This document shows, piece after piece, positions 24,556-38,194 of a stretch of DNA of 64,000 nucleotides. The stretch covers positions 57,087,909 to 57,151,908 of the forward strand of contig NC_081355.1 in the NCBI RefSeq assembly GCF_030684315.1. Direction: 5' to 3'. The stretch is from Stegostoma tigrinum. Lineage: Eukaryota. Position 1 is the stretch's first letter. Every line of letters starts with the position of its first letter. The notes under the pieces were generated by a model. That model had not been told where the DNA came from and made no database searches. It worked only from the letters and a program-made list of their open reading frames with translations. The translations under genes and the position numbers were made by a program.

Positions 24556-27500
24556 GCAGAATGTTTTATGAAAAGTGATATAGAAATACAAGTTGTTGTG
24601 ATCTCTGATTTTTCAGAAACAAATTTATGCCACAACTTATTGAGAAAATAATTTTATTTGCCTCAAGTATTATGATAGGTTGGGTTAGAGCTACCAATAT
24701 CATACACATCTAAGGAACCAGCACAGAACAAACATGCATGCAATCTGCTAAAGTTGGGACAGTCACAATCTATTTGACAGAACATCCATATAGGGTTTAA
24801 TTTGATAAATGATTATGTACTAAAACCACTGCATAAATATATCAATGAGATATTTTGTTGAAGCTTTCCATCTTGCTCTCAACAGGACAATTCGCAAAAA
24901 TACTAATTTAAGGGGAAAACCAATATTTATATTGTATGAGGAAAGAGTACTGATTGGTTGGAAATTGGATTCTAATTCTGCATTACTACACAGAATTCAT
25001 CATTCAATGATGATTTGTAGTGAACTATCTGGCAGTCGCACAACCATATCTACAACCTATTCTGAAAACGCTATGCACATTTTGATACTTGTGACAAATT
25101 TCACCAAAGTAATATAGACCATTCAAACCATTCTGAAGCAATCAACAACATTCTAAAGTTTAAAAAGCTGCAACATTGTTAATAAAGTATCAATTCACCA
25201 TATTTCCCAATGTTAATGGATCCTTTGAAATAAAGTAGGATCTCAATCACGATCCATATCTTTACCTGAAGCTAATCAGTTCTTATTGGGCTGCATCCTG
25301 CGCAACAAATGTTGTTGAAAATCTTCCTTACTTTGGGAAACTGTGTTTACAAACAGACTTATAAACAAGGGCAACCCTATTACTGCTGTCAACCTCCAGC
25401 TCCAGAGATAAGCTTTAATGTTAAAACATCTATACTTAAGTACTGTTTTTGGTATTATTTAAATTTGGCAAAGGTTAATCTCTATTTAGAATAATTATTT
25501 AGTAGCCCACTTCACTGCAAAACTTTTTGAAAATGCTGATTATTACTGTGGTACATGCTCATGCTGTGAGAATGCATGAAGACCTAGAGCTCAGTTAGAC
25601 AATAACATTGTCAAAAGACATCAGAAGGAATCTTAATATTCATTTATCTCAAATTCACTAATATTGTCTTGTGGTTCTTAAACTGACCAGTAATTTGCTG
25701 ATTGATAGATTTTTAACAAAAGATTTTTTGATCTTTTACAGATGAACTAACTGAAGCCCAACAGTTGGAAGTGTTAATATTTCTAGGGATAGGTCATTTT
25801 GTAATATCCCAAGCTAGCAAGGTCATGAACTTTCTAGATTACCCTGTAACACTATTAAGCAAACAAATTCTGAGGCTATGTTTGATTAACTGTGGCAGTT
25901 TACCTCACAACCTGCAATGTGATGTCTAGCCAGCAGGTCAAGTCGCTTGCTTAATTATGATGCATGCCACAGCTATACATTTAAGCAGATTATTTGTGCA
26001 TATCTCAGAAATTTGTAAAATTGTTTCAGATCACATGACCTCAGTCTGGTTTTGCCTCTCATTATGGGACAATAAAACTGCTATTTGAGAACGTAAAATA
26101 ATTTGAAATTCAATTATTCAAGCAAGATAAGTCTTATTTTCACATGTACTCCATTAGTCTCAACATAGTTCAAGAGCTTATCTAAATAAATTGTCATTGT
26201 TACCAAGTAAAGAACTGATGTCTAAACGTTAATAGACATTTAGTTTGAAAAAGGGTATGTTCACTTCCATGCACTCTCCATGAGGTATAACTTATTTTAC
26301 GTTTTCTTCAAAATAATGATGAATATCCAATTTGTAGATTTTTTTTATAAAGTGTTAGTAGTAATAAAACTACTAAATGCTGTTTGTCCTTGCTTAGATC
26401 TCACTGCAACCGAGTACGGAGTACTCAGAGTCCTTTTTTAAATCTAGAATTGTTCTGAAGTTGGCTGATCAAGTTGCACAAAGTGGACCAATTTATCCAA
26501 ACATCTGATCAAAATAAAAATTCTCAGCTACTTAGCTAAGTGAAAAAAAACGACCCCCTAATGAATTTGAATCAATCAGATACAAATAGTCTAAAATGCA
26601 CACAAGTACTGTAACCACTTCAAAGAGTTTGCCTTTGTGAATTTATATTGTCTGAATGCACTGGATATCAAATTCTGCCTCACTTCAATTTGATATTGTG
26701 TATACTAAATATTAATGAAAGTATGGTGTTTGAACAGATGAATATTTAATAAGGCTAGCTGATATTCTGGTGTAGATTAACTAACAGTTTGGTACTCATT
26801 CAAAAATACATGTACACTCAAAGGAAAAACTATTTTGGTTTAAAAATAATCTAAAACTTTCTTTATGCAAAATAAAAGACAAAAACCAAGTTAAAAGTTT
26901 CACTTCTACATGGTAACTGTTTTTAAGTTTGTAGTCCATAGACAGTTAAAGAAACAGCATTACTGAAATTAAGTCACACAAATCTCAGGAATTTCTCTTG
27001 TATTGTAACATTAATTCTATATGATCAAAACAAGCATTTTGAATAGGTTTCAAAATATGAGATATGGCTTCGTTGTTTCTTTCATGTTTCTTTACTCATG
27101 TCTAATTAAAATGTTTACATTTTTCATTTGATTTTAAGATGCATTTTTCCAAAAACAAAATCAATTTAATAATTGTCTTATTATTTTCCCTTGTCATCCT
27201 CTTGTCTATTCTGAACGTTAGATCATATTTTAAAGGCACTTGGATAAAAACCTGTTTTGGGAAGATTGCAAAAATTGTCTTGCTGCCTAATTTCCTCCTC
27301 TTTTTGGTTCTTCCAGGAAACTCCATCTCACTACTGTTTCGTGCTGTAGCCCAACATGAAGTTATAATCTATTGTGCTTTCATTTTAAAAAAATACTAGT
27401 TTTGGAGGTCAGTTTTTAAAATTCAAAGTGTATGTAGGGATAGATCTGTCTGGCTCAAAGATGTGAAGAAGTTCATATTTGATACAATAAAAATATAAAT

Positions 27501-27734
27501 CATGAGAGAAAGTTTTTAAAATTACTACTCCTGGTGTGCTCTACTGCAGGCCATGACCAAAGGCTGAGAAGGGCAAAACCAACAATATTAGCCAGTCACT
27601 CCACATGTTGAGTGCAATTACAATCAAAGGATGTCAGCCATAGCAGTTACATTATCACAGGTTTCTGAGAGTTCATGTGTAGAATAAGGGCACATGCTGG
27701 TGATCATTTCACAAACTCATTCCAGCAGCTTCCA

Positions 27735-28084
27735 GGGAAGGCAGTGGCCTAGTGGTACTATCACTGGTGTGTTAATCCAGAGACCTAGTTAATGTTCCTG
27801 GGACCTGAGTTTGAATCACACCACAGCCGATAGTAAAATTTCAATTCAATAAAAACGTGGAATTAAGAGTCTAATGATGATGGCAAATCCAGTGCTGATT
27901 GTTGGAAAATTCCATCTGGTTCACTAATGTCCTTTAGGGAGGGAAACTTCCATCCTTATCTACCCATGACTCCAAAAACACAACAATGTGGTTGACTTTT
28001 AACTGACTACTGGGTTATTAGGGATGGGCAACAAATGCTGGCTTAACTAGTGATGCCCTCATCCCTCGAATGAATAAAAAAAAA
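27735..28084 (+). mobile_element. Full-length tRNA-derived SINE (same family as 22092)
   Basis: GGGAAGGCAGTGGCCTAGTGG A box, GAGTTTGAATC B box, CTGGTTCACTAATGTCCTTTAGGG core, GGGATGGGCAACAAATGCTGGC...TGAATAAAAAAAA tail. Confidence 0.8.
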
Positions 28085-28793
28085 TGTTGAGGAAGCCTCT
28101 GTCAGCTGAAGTTCCTAACAGTGGGGGGGGGTTTACCAGGGATCAGTCTAGCGCCAGCCAGAGATGTCATGGGTTTATGCAGAACACTGCATACAAGAGG
28201 GAGGGAGTCCATTCCACATCCTGATATGCAAGAGCCTCTTCTTAACACCTTTAACCTGTATTTGTTTTCCCTCAACACTTCCTCAGGGACCACTGACCTG
28301 TAACCACCACCTTACCCCTACCATGATGTTGGGTTGTGAAATTTGGAGGAGGGTGAATTCAGAAGTGGGGGTAATGGTAAAAAGGAATCAGGTGTGACAT
28401 AATCATATACGATCAGTTTAGTTGCAAGGATACGAGCAGACCAAAACCTGAAATGGAGAAAATATAAAATTCTATTGAAAATGCTCTGATGTTCAAGATT
28501 TCCTTTTTTTCTTTTGCACCTCTACATTTAAAACAATATAGTTATGAAAGGTTCCTCAATGAATGACGGTAATAAGTTTTTTTTTAAAAAGAGGAAACTC
28601 TCATTCATGAATCAAAAATTACCAACATTTAGAATGCTAGTAGTTTGGTACAAGTAGGCAGTACTGATAAAACATAAACCATGATAACTGCAAATATTTT
28701 ATTTGCACTTTAAAAACTTCCAGCAGCTTACGTAGACAATGGTTTCTTCTCTTAAGGCTAAGTGGGACTGAAAATATCTGACATTCTTCAGCA

Positions 28794-28917
28794 AGGTCAG
28801 AAGTTCATATTAAAGGATGCTCAGCAAGAAAGAAATACCCTTGTCTACTTTCTGATCTGCATGGCAACCGAACTTCTAGGGTTACACAGTTAACTAGTTA
28901 GATAAGGGCAAAGGTCA
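28794..28917 (+). promoter_or_regulatory. Candidate nuclear-receptor enhancer: DR2 RARE + GATA + DR1
   Basis: AGGTCA-GA-AGTTCA (28794-28807), AGATAAG (28900-28906) and AGGGCA-A-AGGTCA (28905-28917) in TE-poor intron sequence. Motif evidence only. Confidence 0.4.
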
Positions 28918-31680
28918 TTAGTGAACAGCAGCATCATCTCAATTGTTTATATCGAGTACTATGTCAACATTTAGACAATTTCAGGGAGCGAACTAAATTT
29001 CTGGCACTTGGATACCATACAGCAAGAGACAATAGGGACAACTTTTAAAAAATATTCTCTAACAAACTAAGATGAGTAACCACTTGCTGCGTTTTCTGGT
29101 TATCCTCAAATAATGCCATCAGATGACCCACTGACCACTTCCTTTATGTGAAGGTTATGTGTAATCCAAAATCTAAGAGCAACTTGCTTCTAACTTCCTC
29201 TGTGGGCACTCCTCAAAGTGAGTTCTGTTTCCTCTCCATATGCCATAATAGGAAAGGATCTAAAAAGTAACTTCCTGAGCACATACTGCCTGTCCACCCA
29301 TTCTTTGTTTGACAGCACTAAAGCAGTGATATATTTGGTGTACATGAGGAGGAAGGTAACCCTGACTGCACTTCCTTGCAGGACACATTATAGATACAAT
29401 TGCAAAGCCTCATTTATTTGTGCAGAAGTGTAAATTTCTGATAAGAAGCAGATCTACCCTACATTGTGTGCCTTGAAGTTATTCTAGCAAATTCAGTGTC
29501 CTTGACCTCATGATGTAGTATATTTACAACTCTGATAGAAATTAAATACAACTGTGCGAGGTCATACTTTCTTGATCCAACTGAACTATAGTAGCTGTTT
29601 GTAAGTTACATTAACAATTAGTTCAGAGGCATTTATGCAAAACAGATGATATATAACCCAACTTCTCCCAATCCAGGTATGTACTATTCTGATTTTTATT
29701 CTGTGTCACCAGCATTTCACATTTAAGCAGCAAGTCTTCATTTGCTTTCTACACTAATCATATGCAATGAAGATATGCATGGCCAACATTTAAGTGGGCT
29801 GCAGATCAATTAGCAGTCTTAAGTTTATCTGATTTTTATCAAAGCAGACAGAGCAGTGGGTCGATCATCAGAGCCTGTGTCAAGTTGACCTTTTCAGAGA
29901 CATCTACATTGCTGATCCCCAGGGTAACTCCAGGGCCCATGTCAGCCTCTGAATGACAGAAGTCTGTTTCACTAAACCACAAAGTATACACAGATGTCTA
30001 TATTACAATCCTAAAGGTGTGACAGCAACTGTGTATTACGTCTATAAACTGTCCTTTAATGGTGACACTTCCTCAATGATGATTTGCTAATTTATTCACC
30101 TAAATCTCTTTTGCACAGAAATAAAAGGTAATTGAGTCATTACAAAGTAATTCAGGCACAACTAAATTGGCTTATTTTATAAATCCTTCTCAAGTGGCCC
30201 CACATACACTAATCAATATGTACGAGCTTTGCTCCTGCCACATAAGTACATAAAATTGGATAAAAAGCCAAACTAGTTCCTCATCTTCCCACAGGGGTTG
30301 CTGTAGAAAGTGACGATTGGAAGAAGGATAATTATTTTTAAGAGAAATTTTGCATACCATGCATGGAGGCTGTGTGCTGCTTACATTTCGGGGGAAATGA
30401 GATACAGCTCGCTTTGTAGTTTGAGTCTATAAACTATTGCTCCTCAAACTAATTTGATTATTAAAAATGGTCAAGACAATAAATGTAATTTACTTTCTCA
30501 AGCATGTCTTCAGTAGGAATGTGATTCTCTAAAAGTTCATTTGTCTGATTATGAACCCCCACTTTACATTTTATCAATAAAATATTTTTAAAATTGGTCA
30601 CATGGGGGGATCAAAAACTTAAAAATACCAAATTTATACTCTTCTGCGTCAATAAAATGGTCAAGGAGTAAGCCTCAAATACATGAATTATCTATTCAAC
30701 AAATATAATCAAATACAACACATCACAAACAATACTTGAAAATCAAAAAAATGCACATCTTATATACTTTTGGAGATTGCTTTTAAACGAAAGGAAGAAA
30801 CTTACCTACTATTGAGCCATTTGGACCATAATCAGCACAAACCGCTTGGAAATAACACAATACTCTTTTCTCCCTTGAATATGTATTTCTTGTTTTTAAA
30901 ATGTAAACTTCTAAAACAATTCCATTAAAATGTAAAAAATGTAATAAAGTGGGTTGGTAAGAACTTTAACCTGAAAGGACTCCCTCACTTTGAGGTAGCA
31001 CTTTCAAAGAGCAAAATGAACAAACACCAATGGTCTAACACACAATAACACAAATTAATTACAAAACTAGAGAGCTTGAGCAAGATTCCAAGTAAATGTT
31101 ACCACACCAAATTAGTAGTAACCAGCCAGGGAACCAGCTGAATATTTCCAGCATTTTCTGTTGCCATTTTTGATTTTAAACATCTGTAGTATTCAGTTTT
31201 TTTTAAGCTGTACAGTTACCATTGTGGAAAGAGCAACTGTGCAGCCAGCAGGTGATGACACAGTTATGTTTGGCTGTGTGTTCTCCCCAGTTGAACAGCT
31301 TGATGTCACTGTATGTAGTGAAACATGATACATGAGGGAACTATAGAAAAGAGTGAAATAAGTTAATTCTTGATGTCAAGTCTATAAGCATGTGTCCTAG
31401 GTAGCGAGTTTATACAAACATGCATTATTCAACTGCTCATGGGGTAAAGTGAGTATCTGCAGGGAAATAATGCTCAATCTCAAACAAACTAATCAAGTGA
31501 CATAAATGATAGGAAAAATGTCTTGCACCAAATGGAATTTTATTCATTTCATTCCAATGTGGTTACTCCACCATTTACTTGAGGAAATAGACAAGTAAAA
31601 CGTAAGCCACCTGGAACACCTTCTAGCAATTAATGGCAGAAATATCTTGGTCTATTCAAAAATAGTTTCAATCGCTGTAC

Positions 31681-31764
31681 CTGCTCTACTTCCACCATTC
31701 TGTTGCTGCTTCTTTTCAGTTTCATCAAATAGTGATGGACGTTGTTGGAAATCATTCTCTTCTT
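31681..31764 (-). CDS. SKAP2: Probable preceding SKAP2 exon, acidic linker (E)EENDFQQRPSLFDETEKKQQQNGGSRA(A)
   Basis: Pyrimidine-rich tract then CACAG|AAGAAGAG acceptor; donor GCAG|GTACAG. 84 nt, phase 1 to phase 1, and splices in frame (G+CT=Ala) to the SH3 exon. Starts with an acidic run like the short linker exon preceding the SH3 exon in mammalian SKAP2. Sequence is poorly conserved, so the call rests on position and phase. Confidence 0.7.
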
Positions 31765-33734
31765 CTGTGTGCATGTGTGGGGGGAGGGGGGAGGGATGTG
31801 GTGAAGAGAAAAATAAATAACCGTCATAAATAGTGTATAAATTATGCTCATGAAAAAAAATCACTCCTAGAGGAACTTGATTATCCACCATAGTGAAGGA
31901 GACCCTCCTGCATAAAAGTGGCTGTTAATTGAATCAATGCTTGTTGCTGATGAAATACCCAATCAAAAACAAAGCAGCAGCTCAGTATAAGTTGAGACAA
32001 GCTCAGTAAAAAGGAAATCTAACCAAGTCTGAATGACTCATAACATGACCTCATCTGAAGAGCATGGTATAAATGTTTTATCCTAAATTGAAAAGAATAC
32101 ATTATAGTACAAAACAGGGACTAATGTTATTAAAAATGCACATTCAGAAGATATTAGCCCAGCAGTTGAAAATTACAATACAACCTAAAATCCTAATTCC
32201 TGACAATCCAATTTGCAGCTAATCTTGTGAGCAAATTTAAGTCCATGCTATAACTTTAAAGAATTAAATTACAATTTTTGAACACAGGAAAATCAGTTTA
32301 TCCAATCATTTAGATCAAAGTGAATTTTAATTATGAATTGCATAAAGTCAAGCACATAAAAGTTACTGTATCAACATATTATATTCTGCATATTCAGTAA
32401 ATGCCTACACTATTTCCTCTATACCATAGTGGACTAAAATTTCCACTGTAAAATATAGATGGCTGTAAAGGATGAAGTTACTTTCAAATGCTTACAGAAC
32501 ACATTGTTGTTGAGAAGATTTTAGAAAACATTTTCATAACTGAACTTTCAAAACTCATCTGTCATTTTAAATAAATATTGGGCATAGGTTGATAAATATA
32601 AAAATTATATGCATTATGAAAAAATACAGACAATAAATTACCGATTTAAAAGCAACTTCAGAACCTTTACCCCAGGATAACATTTCTGATATATAACAAA
32701 GAAACAAAAATAAAGTATTTTTGCCAAACAGATAATTTACTGATTTTTCATCATTTATGGAGAATGATGACATATCAATCACTGTCAAAATTTGATTTTC
32801 AGAACATTTAAACTTGATAAGGTTTTTTTCATAATGTTTTAATGGTGAGGTGCTTGAAACAATGTTGTTGAGGGGTACATGAAAAACAAAGTATTAAAAC
32901 AGTTTTTATCTATCTAACATTTCTGATTAGTCAACGGCTTGACTTGGTAGGCAGAGCAGTTTTTTGCCCCTGGCCTCCACTCTCCGGCACCTGGCCCCTG
33001 CTTTCACACCCAAGTTATAAGACAGCACCTCTTGGTCTTTGGCCCCAATTATGTGATTGAGAGTTCCTGCTCTTTGATCTTGATTACTGACTTGCAGCTT
33101 CTAAGCTCTGGCTCCAGTTATGGCCCAGACTTGACATTCTCTGGTGTCAGCAGGCATCAGCTTTTATCACTTCTCAGCATTGCTCACTGTGTTCTGCCCC
33201 TCAGCTCGTCATTTCCTGAATGCAGTCATTAGGCACTTGACAAAGATGAAGTGGGAAGAGCGGACGGAAAATTGGAATGGGATCATGAATACTAGCGGAC
33301 AGGGTCATGGTATAGCGAGACAAGAAATAGACGGTGCAGTTGCAGCAGGCATGATGGGTGATAGTAGCAAAGTGGGAAATGATAGCATAGAATGGGGATG
33401 TTACAAGAGGGTCAGGCAGGGTATGGCATGGAAGAGAATGTGGTCAAATGAAATGTGATAGAGGGAGATAGGGTTGGCATTGGGATTATATGGAAAGGAT
33501 GAAAGTGATTTGCTGGGTATGGCATAAGAGAGTTGACATGGGAAGCATGGAATTGGTTTAAAGAAATTGCTGCAATAAAAATGCTAACATCACCAAAAAT
33601 ATTTTCTCCATATATGTTAGTTTTACAATATTATTTTCCTGAAGATCCTTGCAGCATTTATTTTAATGCAGCTAGTCACATCATTAAGCATCAGCCGATT
33701 AAAACTTGAAGTCTTCCAAAGATGTATCCCAGTT

Positions 33735-34210
33735 TTGGACTTCTTTTTTAATTATTTGAAACAAACCTGTTGTGGTGCTTGTGGCCGCAGTTCAGCCCAA
33801 TGTTACCAACCTTTGGGCACCCAGTGCAGAGAAGTGCAGGCAGATTGGAGGGCCTTCTTGAGGGCCTGATCCTGGACCTGGTCAAGCTGCCAATAAATAG
33901 GTCCAAGCAGTGGGCTGTAGGGAGGGTCAGCTTTGCTGACTGCCTGTTCCTCTCTGTTGTTATGTTTGAGCCTGGATGTTATTGGAGAGGGAGCATGCAA
34001 TGTCTACCAACGCTCTGGCTCCTTTAGAAAGAGATGGGCACCGTGGGGGATGGACTGCGTTATCCCCTCCTTTGTATTTTGATTTCATTCCCCTCCTTCT
34101 CTCTCCACCCCTCGCTTCACTTTTTTGATATCAGCATTGTTTTTAGCCGGCTTTGCTTGGTCACAAATATTTTACTGGTGGTGGAAAAATATACATAATA
34201 AAATTTATTC
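33735..34210 (+). mobile_element. Possible Tx1/L1-group 3' fragment
   Basis: ORF 33770-34027 (FSPMLPTFGHPV...LILDLVKLPINRSKQ) resembles the C-terminus of Tx1-type ORF2 proteins; decayed. Confidence 0.4.
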
Positions 34211-34324
34211 ACAAAAGTGTCTTTCCCCTTCTGTCTCATAATATATAAAGATTACCATGGGTCATTTTGGGGGCGAGAAAAAAGGCCACTCCTTGGCCCC
34301 ACAGAAAAAAAGTTATGTGCTAAA

Positions 34325-34622
34325 GGGCTGTCTTATGGTAAAGTGGGAGTGTCCCTGCCTCGGAAGAGGCGGCCTTGGACTCACCTGCTCAAGAGGCATG
34401 TAAATAACTTCTTTGAACAGGCTGATTAGAAAAATAGGAGAAGGAAAGAAAAAACAAAAAAAAGAATTAGGGTTCTTGAGGTGCAGAAAAATACAGCAGA
34501 CCCAATGGGCTCTTGTGGCACAGTGATAGTTCCCTACCTCTGGGCTGGGAGGCTCATATTCAAGTCCCACGTGCTCCAGGGGTGTGTAATAACATCTCTG
34601 AAAAGAGTGATTAGGAAAAATA
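34325..34622 (+). mobile_element. Two tandem diverged copies of a short (~115 bp) tRNA-like SINE
   Basis: Copy 1 (~34325-34436) and copy 2 (~34507-34622) share GGGCT..TCTT.TGG...AGTG..AGT.TCCCT.CCTC heads and TAATAAC.TCT.TGAA.AG..TGATTAG.AAAA tails. Confidence 0.55.
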
Positions 34623-35333
34623 GGTTAAATAGAAAAAAATTTAAACAGAGCCGGGGTCCTTTTATCCTACAGAGGTAATCAAGCATCAATTAGCCTTTAG
34701 AAACTTTAAGTCTTCCAAGGATAAATCCTAGCTAACATTTTACTAAACGGTTCTATTATACATCCACCAGACGGCTTCCTGCATCTCAGCCAAGTGGATG
34801 CTTTTTCATGTGTACCCACCGAGTGGCAATGGGACTGTAAGCGACATCATAACTCAATCTAATTCTGTCATTGCACAACATTCACTTGCCAGCAGGAGGC
34901 ATCATGCATTAAGGTTTTGTGGAAATTCTGGCCAATTATTACCTCCTCCCTACCCTAGGAAGACTCCAATTATACATCCTACAATATTTTCTTCCATCGA
35001 GATTAGACTTTCCCATGTAGAATGGACCCACAAGCATTTTGGTACAGAAATTCCACATTTTCAGAGATTGATATGCAGATTTTGAAAAGAAAATTGCATT
35101 CTTGCAAATTAGGCTAGTACTTGTGCTCCCACCCAGTCTTTTGGGAGCAGCACTACATATCCATTTTTACAAAGATAATTTTAATACAGAATGCATGTAT
35201 GTTGAATACATGATAGTCATTTGTTAGGACTTGCAGTGTAATTTATAAAACAATAAAAATACACAGGCATTTTGATCAACAGCACTCCTCCCTTGGCCAT
35301 TGCATATAACAATCAATGATGTCTTGGTCTGGA

Positions 35334-35368
35334 TGATTGACAGCTTGTCACCTTTGTGATTAATTAAG
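35334..35368 (+). promoter_or_regulatory. Candidate TALE-homeodomain enhancer core
   Basis: Perfect PBX-MEIS/PREP decamer TGATTGACAG (35334-35343), followed by inverted TGTCA, Sox-like CTTTGT and TAATTAA. Motif evidence only. Confidence 0.4.
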
Positions 35369-38194
35369 TTCAGTTAGCAACTGAGACTGACATTTGACAA
35401 GTCATTCGCAGAATTTTAACCACAGTAAACAAAAACAACACAGCAACACAGCAAGAAAAGTCAAACCACACAGATGGTTGTAAAGCATTCATTATGTGGT
35501 TTCCATAGTAATGATAAATCTGGAAGCAAACAAACAGCTTGTATGTACACACCATTCAGCTGCTATCGAAACCGTTCAAATGTTGGCTTATCATTCTAAT
35601 CACATAGCTTTCAAGTGGCAAAACTAAGGGTCATTTTTCATCAGTAACACATATAAACTACTGCTTTACTGTAGTAAATATATGCATAAAACATCAAAGT
35701 AACTTAAGTAATTAAATAATAAGAAAATTTATTGTAGATGGTGTTTTCAAAGATTACAAGGCCATAAAAACATTTGGAATTAATATTGCTCAATTTGATT
35801 ACCACAAATATAGCTGATTATTTTAACTATTAAAAGTGCTACAAAAATCAAAAGTGGACAACATTAAACTTCGGAAAAAGTACTGAATGATCAGCTTATT
35901 GATCGTAAGCACACTGAATCTTTAAAGTGTATCACAGCCACAAAACATACATGTATATGAATAGACTGTAGTGACAACAACATTAGCTGTATTTTTCAAT
36001 ACTAATTTCTTTCATTTGAGCTTAAGTTAGCTATTTCCCTACAGTAGAATAGAAAATAAAAATTGACAGATCAATTTGATTCATAAGATAACACTTCAGA
36101 AAGATCCCGGTGGCCTTTTCTGTTTTTTTTTAAAAACAGTTCATTTACCATTCAAGGAAATAACAAAGAGGAAAAAAATGGAAGAAGGCACAATCAAAAC
36201 TGCCCTGTTATAATTACGATTTTTACGTTGTGCCCTTTCTTCTTGTGGCTTTCTACATTTAAGCAGTACAATCTAGTTCCTAATGGTCAGATAGTAGACA
36301 TTTAGACAACAAGCAGCTAGGGTTGTGGCTAATTGAAGATGGCTCATTTCAGGAGGATATGATCTGATTAGATATTTGATGAAATTTAATGGTAAAAAAT
36401 ATAGATGATGCATTTTGGGAAAAAGAATGAGGAAAGAAAATGTGCATTAAAAGCAGAAGAAATGAAGAGCCATTTAGGAGTTCAGATACATAAATCTGAG
36501 ATAGTGAGATAACAATTGATGGACTTGCACAAAAATAGGTTTTACAAATATGGCTATTGGCTACGAGTGTCCCAGCCATGTAACATTGCTATTGTGGCAA
36601 GATGAGATTTAATCTTTGCAAATAATTGTTTAGATTTTAGGTAATAAGTTGGCCAGCATATTTCAATTTGCAATGAAATTGGATGGAATTGTAAAATGGG
36701 TCAGAGAAGAGCAGCACATGCTCCCTCACATTGTTATTTTTAGCTTCTATCATTTCCTGTTACCCATGAACATAAAATTAAGAGTGGAAGTAAATGATAT
36801 ACAGTCTCCAGCCCTCACCTCCATTCAAGAGAATCACGAATGATCTTCAGCCTCAACCCCATTTTCCTGCATGAATCCACATCCTCAAAAATTTAACAAT
36901 CTCAACCATGACTATACTCAACATCTGAACAGCTACCATTCTCTAGATTACAGTCTTTCACAAATTCAACATTGGTGGAAAAAATTCTCTCATCTCAATC
37001 ATAAATGACAGAATCCTCGTCCCCTTATTACTGGTTGGATTTGTGCTACCGAGGCAAGTCACTTAATCAAGAAATTTCCCTAACTAGCAGAAGCACACCA
37101 GTTTAAAGTGCTTGAAAGAAATGGTGGACAGAGTTGGGCCCTCTGAACCATGCAGCAACTGTAGGCAGACATGAGACAGATGAGTGCTAAGGAAGGTTGG
37201 TTCGAAGGTAATCAGTTGTCTGGAACTTTGGCTCAGTTACATTAAACAGCTAGACCCTCTAGCTCTTACTCCCCCATTTCCCGGATACTCCTGCCAACTC
37301 ACGTTCCCTTCAAGCCATCTCCTCAGCCACACATAAAGCATCTGCTTTGAAGAGACCGTAGGAGCTTCATGGATCTGGAAAAAGACAAATTTCTAAATCT
37401 AATACAGCTTCCTCTCATACACACTTGATGCTGAATTTTATGAAACCCATTCAATGCTTTTAAATCCCTCTAAGTATTCTATTTGTTTCAAATACATTTC
37501 TATTCAAGTAACCATATCTCAAACAGTGAAAAATTTGGCAACCCCATTAAGCATTCAAACAAATTGTGAACCAAACCCCGAACCGCAGTCCCCAAACAGT
37601 TAAGACAAGGCTCTATAACTTTTAACTCACCAAATATTTACACTAACCTCATGGGTAACAGCAGACTTGGAAAATAGTGACAAAGAATTCTGCTGAAACT
37701 ACGAGAGCAGATTGTAATGGCTTTTACTAACCTACACCAAATGGTGGGTCAATCAAACTAATCCAACCTCTAACTCTTACTGATAGCTTCAGCACTTTTT
37801 TTCCTTCATGTTTAAATGGCTGGGGATTTGAAAAAACCTGATGCTGAAACAGACCTAATCCATATTCATCAAAATCTACGTCTACGCCTTAAATTGTGGG
37901 TTAAACATAGAAAATAGGAGTATGCCACTCAGCCCCTCAAGCCTGTCCTGTCATTTATTACAAACATGACTGACAATCCAATTTAATATTCGGTTCCTGT
38001 TTTACTCCTATATCCTTTGATTCCTTTAGCCATTAATTTCAAATAGACCTGCTGAATTCAGCCTTGTTACCCATAGGATTCAAGGCCTGTCCTGTTCTCT
38101 CTGCCTGTAAAAATGGGATTGGTCAGAAATGGGGACTTTCTCAGTCAAGCCTTATCCATTGTTTTCAAAGGCTTCCAGAGTCAGCCCAGTTCTG

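Noticed and set aside
27102-27399. Hydrophobic 86-aa ORF resembling a membrane peptide
   Set aside because: Composition is explained by T-rich intron sequence; no recognisable domain or gene structure.
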